A stretch of DNA of 64,000 bases from Vicugna vicugna (taxonomy: Eukaryota), in NCBI GenBank assembly GCA_013265495.1, contig MU060947.1:310001-374000 (forward strand), in the 5' to 3' direction. Shown in pieces: positions 63,140-64,000 of this stretch. A program made the translations under genes and the position numbers. The notes below the pieces were generated by a model. It was given only the letters and a program-made list of their open reading frames with translations. It was not told the DNA's origin and did no database searches. The stretch's first letter is position 1. Every line of letters starts with the position of its first letter.

Positions 63140-63378
63140 TTCTTTTTTTTTCAATTTTTTAAAAAAAATTTTAACATTTTTTTATTGAGTTATAGTCATT
63201 TTACAATGTTGTGTCCAATTCCAGTGTAGAGCACAATTCTTCAGTTATACATGAACATACATATATTCATCGTCACATTCTTTTTCGCTGTGAGCTACCA
63301 CAAGATCTTGTATATATTTCCCTGTGCTACACAGTACAATCTTGTTTATCTATTCTGCATTTGCCTGTTAGTATCTAC
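63140..63378 (-). mobile_element. Younger camelid-type L1 3' end
   Basis: Reverse complement gcacagggaaatatatacaagatcttgtggtagctcacagcgaaaaagaatgtgacgatgaat...actataactcaataaaaaaatg plus tail. Confidence 0.8.
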
Positions 63379-63874
63379 AAATGGTTGAATGGTGGGTGCA
63401 TCAGTATTGGTCATATTAACCTCTGTAAATGTTAAGTACTTTTTCCATTACAAATACTCTGCAATTTACCCTCCAGGTCACTGGTCTCCTGTCACCAGAC
63501 CCCTTCAGGGGCTTGTGGTGCCAGCGCACCTGGGAGGTGAGCTGGGGCTCCCCCCTCCCCTCTGTAACCTGGGGAACTGTTCAGTTAGACTTTGATTCAG
63601 TCCACACAGAGCTTTTCAGGCAGCATTCTGCTCAGATGCCCACACCTTAAAAGGCAATACTAATCTAGTTGCAGTGCGAGAAACTATTTTACAATTGGGA
63701 TTCATCTGCAGTGATTTATTATTTTTTGAATTTTAGGATAAATGCTAGAACACTCTCAAATGAGCTCTTTCTGTGCTCAGACATTATTATTTGTCTCATC
63801 TGCCACTTTAGCTGGTATTCTTAGGAGTATGTAATTCTCCAAAAAGTAGACTCTGATCTCCTGTTTTAAAATCT

Positions 63875-64000
63875 AAGGTTCTCCTGTATAGCCCAGGGAA
63901 CTATAGTAAGTATCTTGAATTACCTAGAAAAAGAATATGAAAAAGAATATGTACATTTATAACTGAATTACTATGCTGTACATCAGAGACTAGCACAACA
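63875..64000 (+). mobile_element. L1 3' end running off the window
   Basis: ctgtatagcccagggaactata...gaaaaagaatatg...actgaattactatgctgtacatcagagactagcacaaca. Confidence 0.75.

Noticed and set aside
1-64000. The remaining 60-160 aa ORFs in the track; CRISPR arrays, rRNA, NUMT, snRNA copies
   Set aside because: The ORFs lack recognisable domains and mostly overlap repeats. I saw no repeat-spacer array, rRNA, mitochondrial or snRNA sequence.

Overview
Mammalian genomic DNA, very probably camelid: three tRNA-derived Vic-1-type SINEs and artiodactyl-type L1 3' ends are present. I find no intact spliced protein-coding gene. The window reads as intronic or intergenic DNA full of old repeats (MIR, L2, MER5, MER58, Charlie1, MLT1, L1M) plus younger L1 and Vic-1 insertions. 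The main feature is an apparently full-length processed copy of the KRAB zinc-finger gene ZNF615 at 17765-20909. It has a perfect 16-bp target-site duplication (TSD), an ATTAAA signal and a poly(A) tail, and it landed inside a MIR. A CGA>TGA stop and a ~16-nt deletion split it into a 61-aa KRAB-only ORF and a 478-aa KRAB-less finger ORF. Its decay is uneven: fingers 5, 7 and 9 carry the same Cys>Gly change, while fingers 10-19 are all intact. Other notable items are an exact 542-bp tandem duplication (49977-51060), a twin-primed 5'-inverted L1 (6081-7113), a CCAAT/E-box/CRE-like/TATA/Inr cluster (39583-39696) and several repeat-poor, enhancer-like blocks. Family names come from my recollection of consensus and protein sequences, not from a database search.
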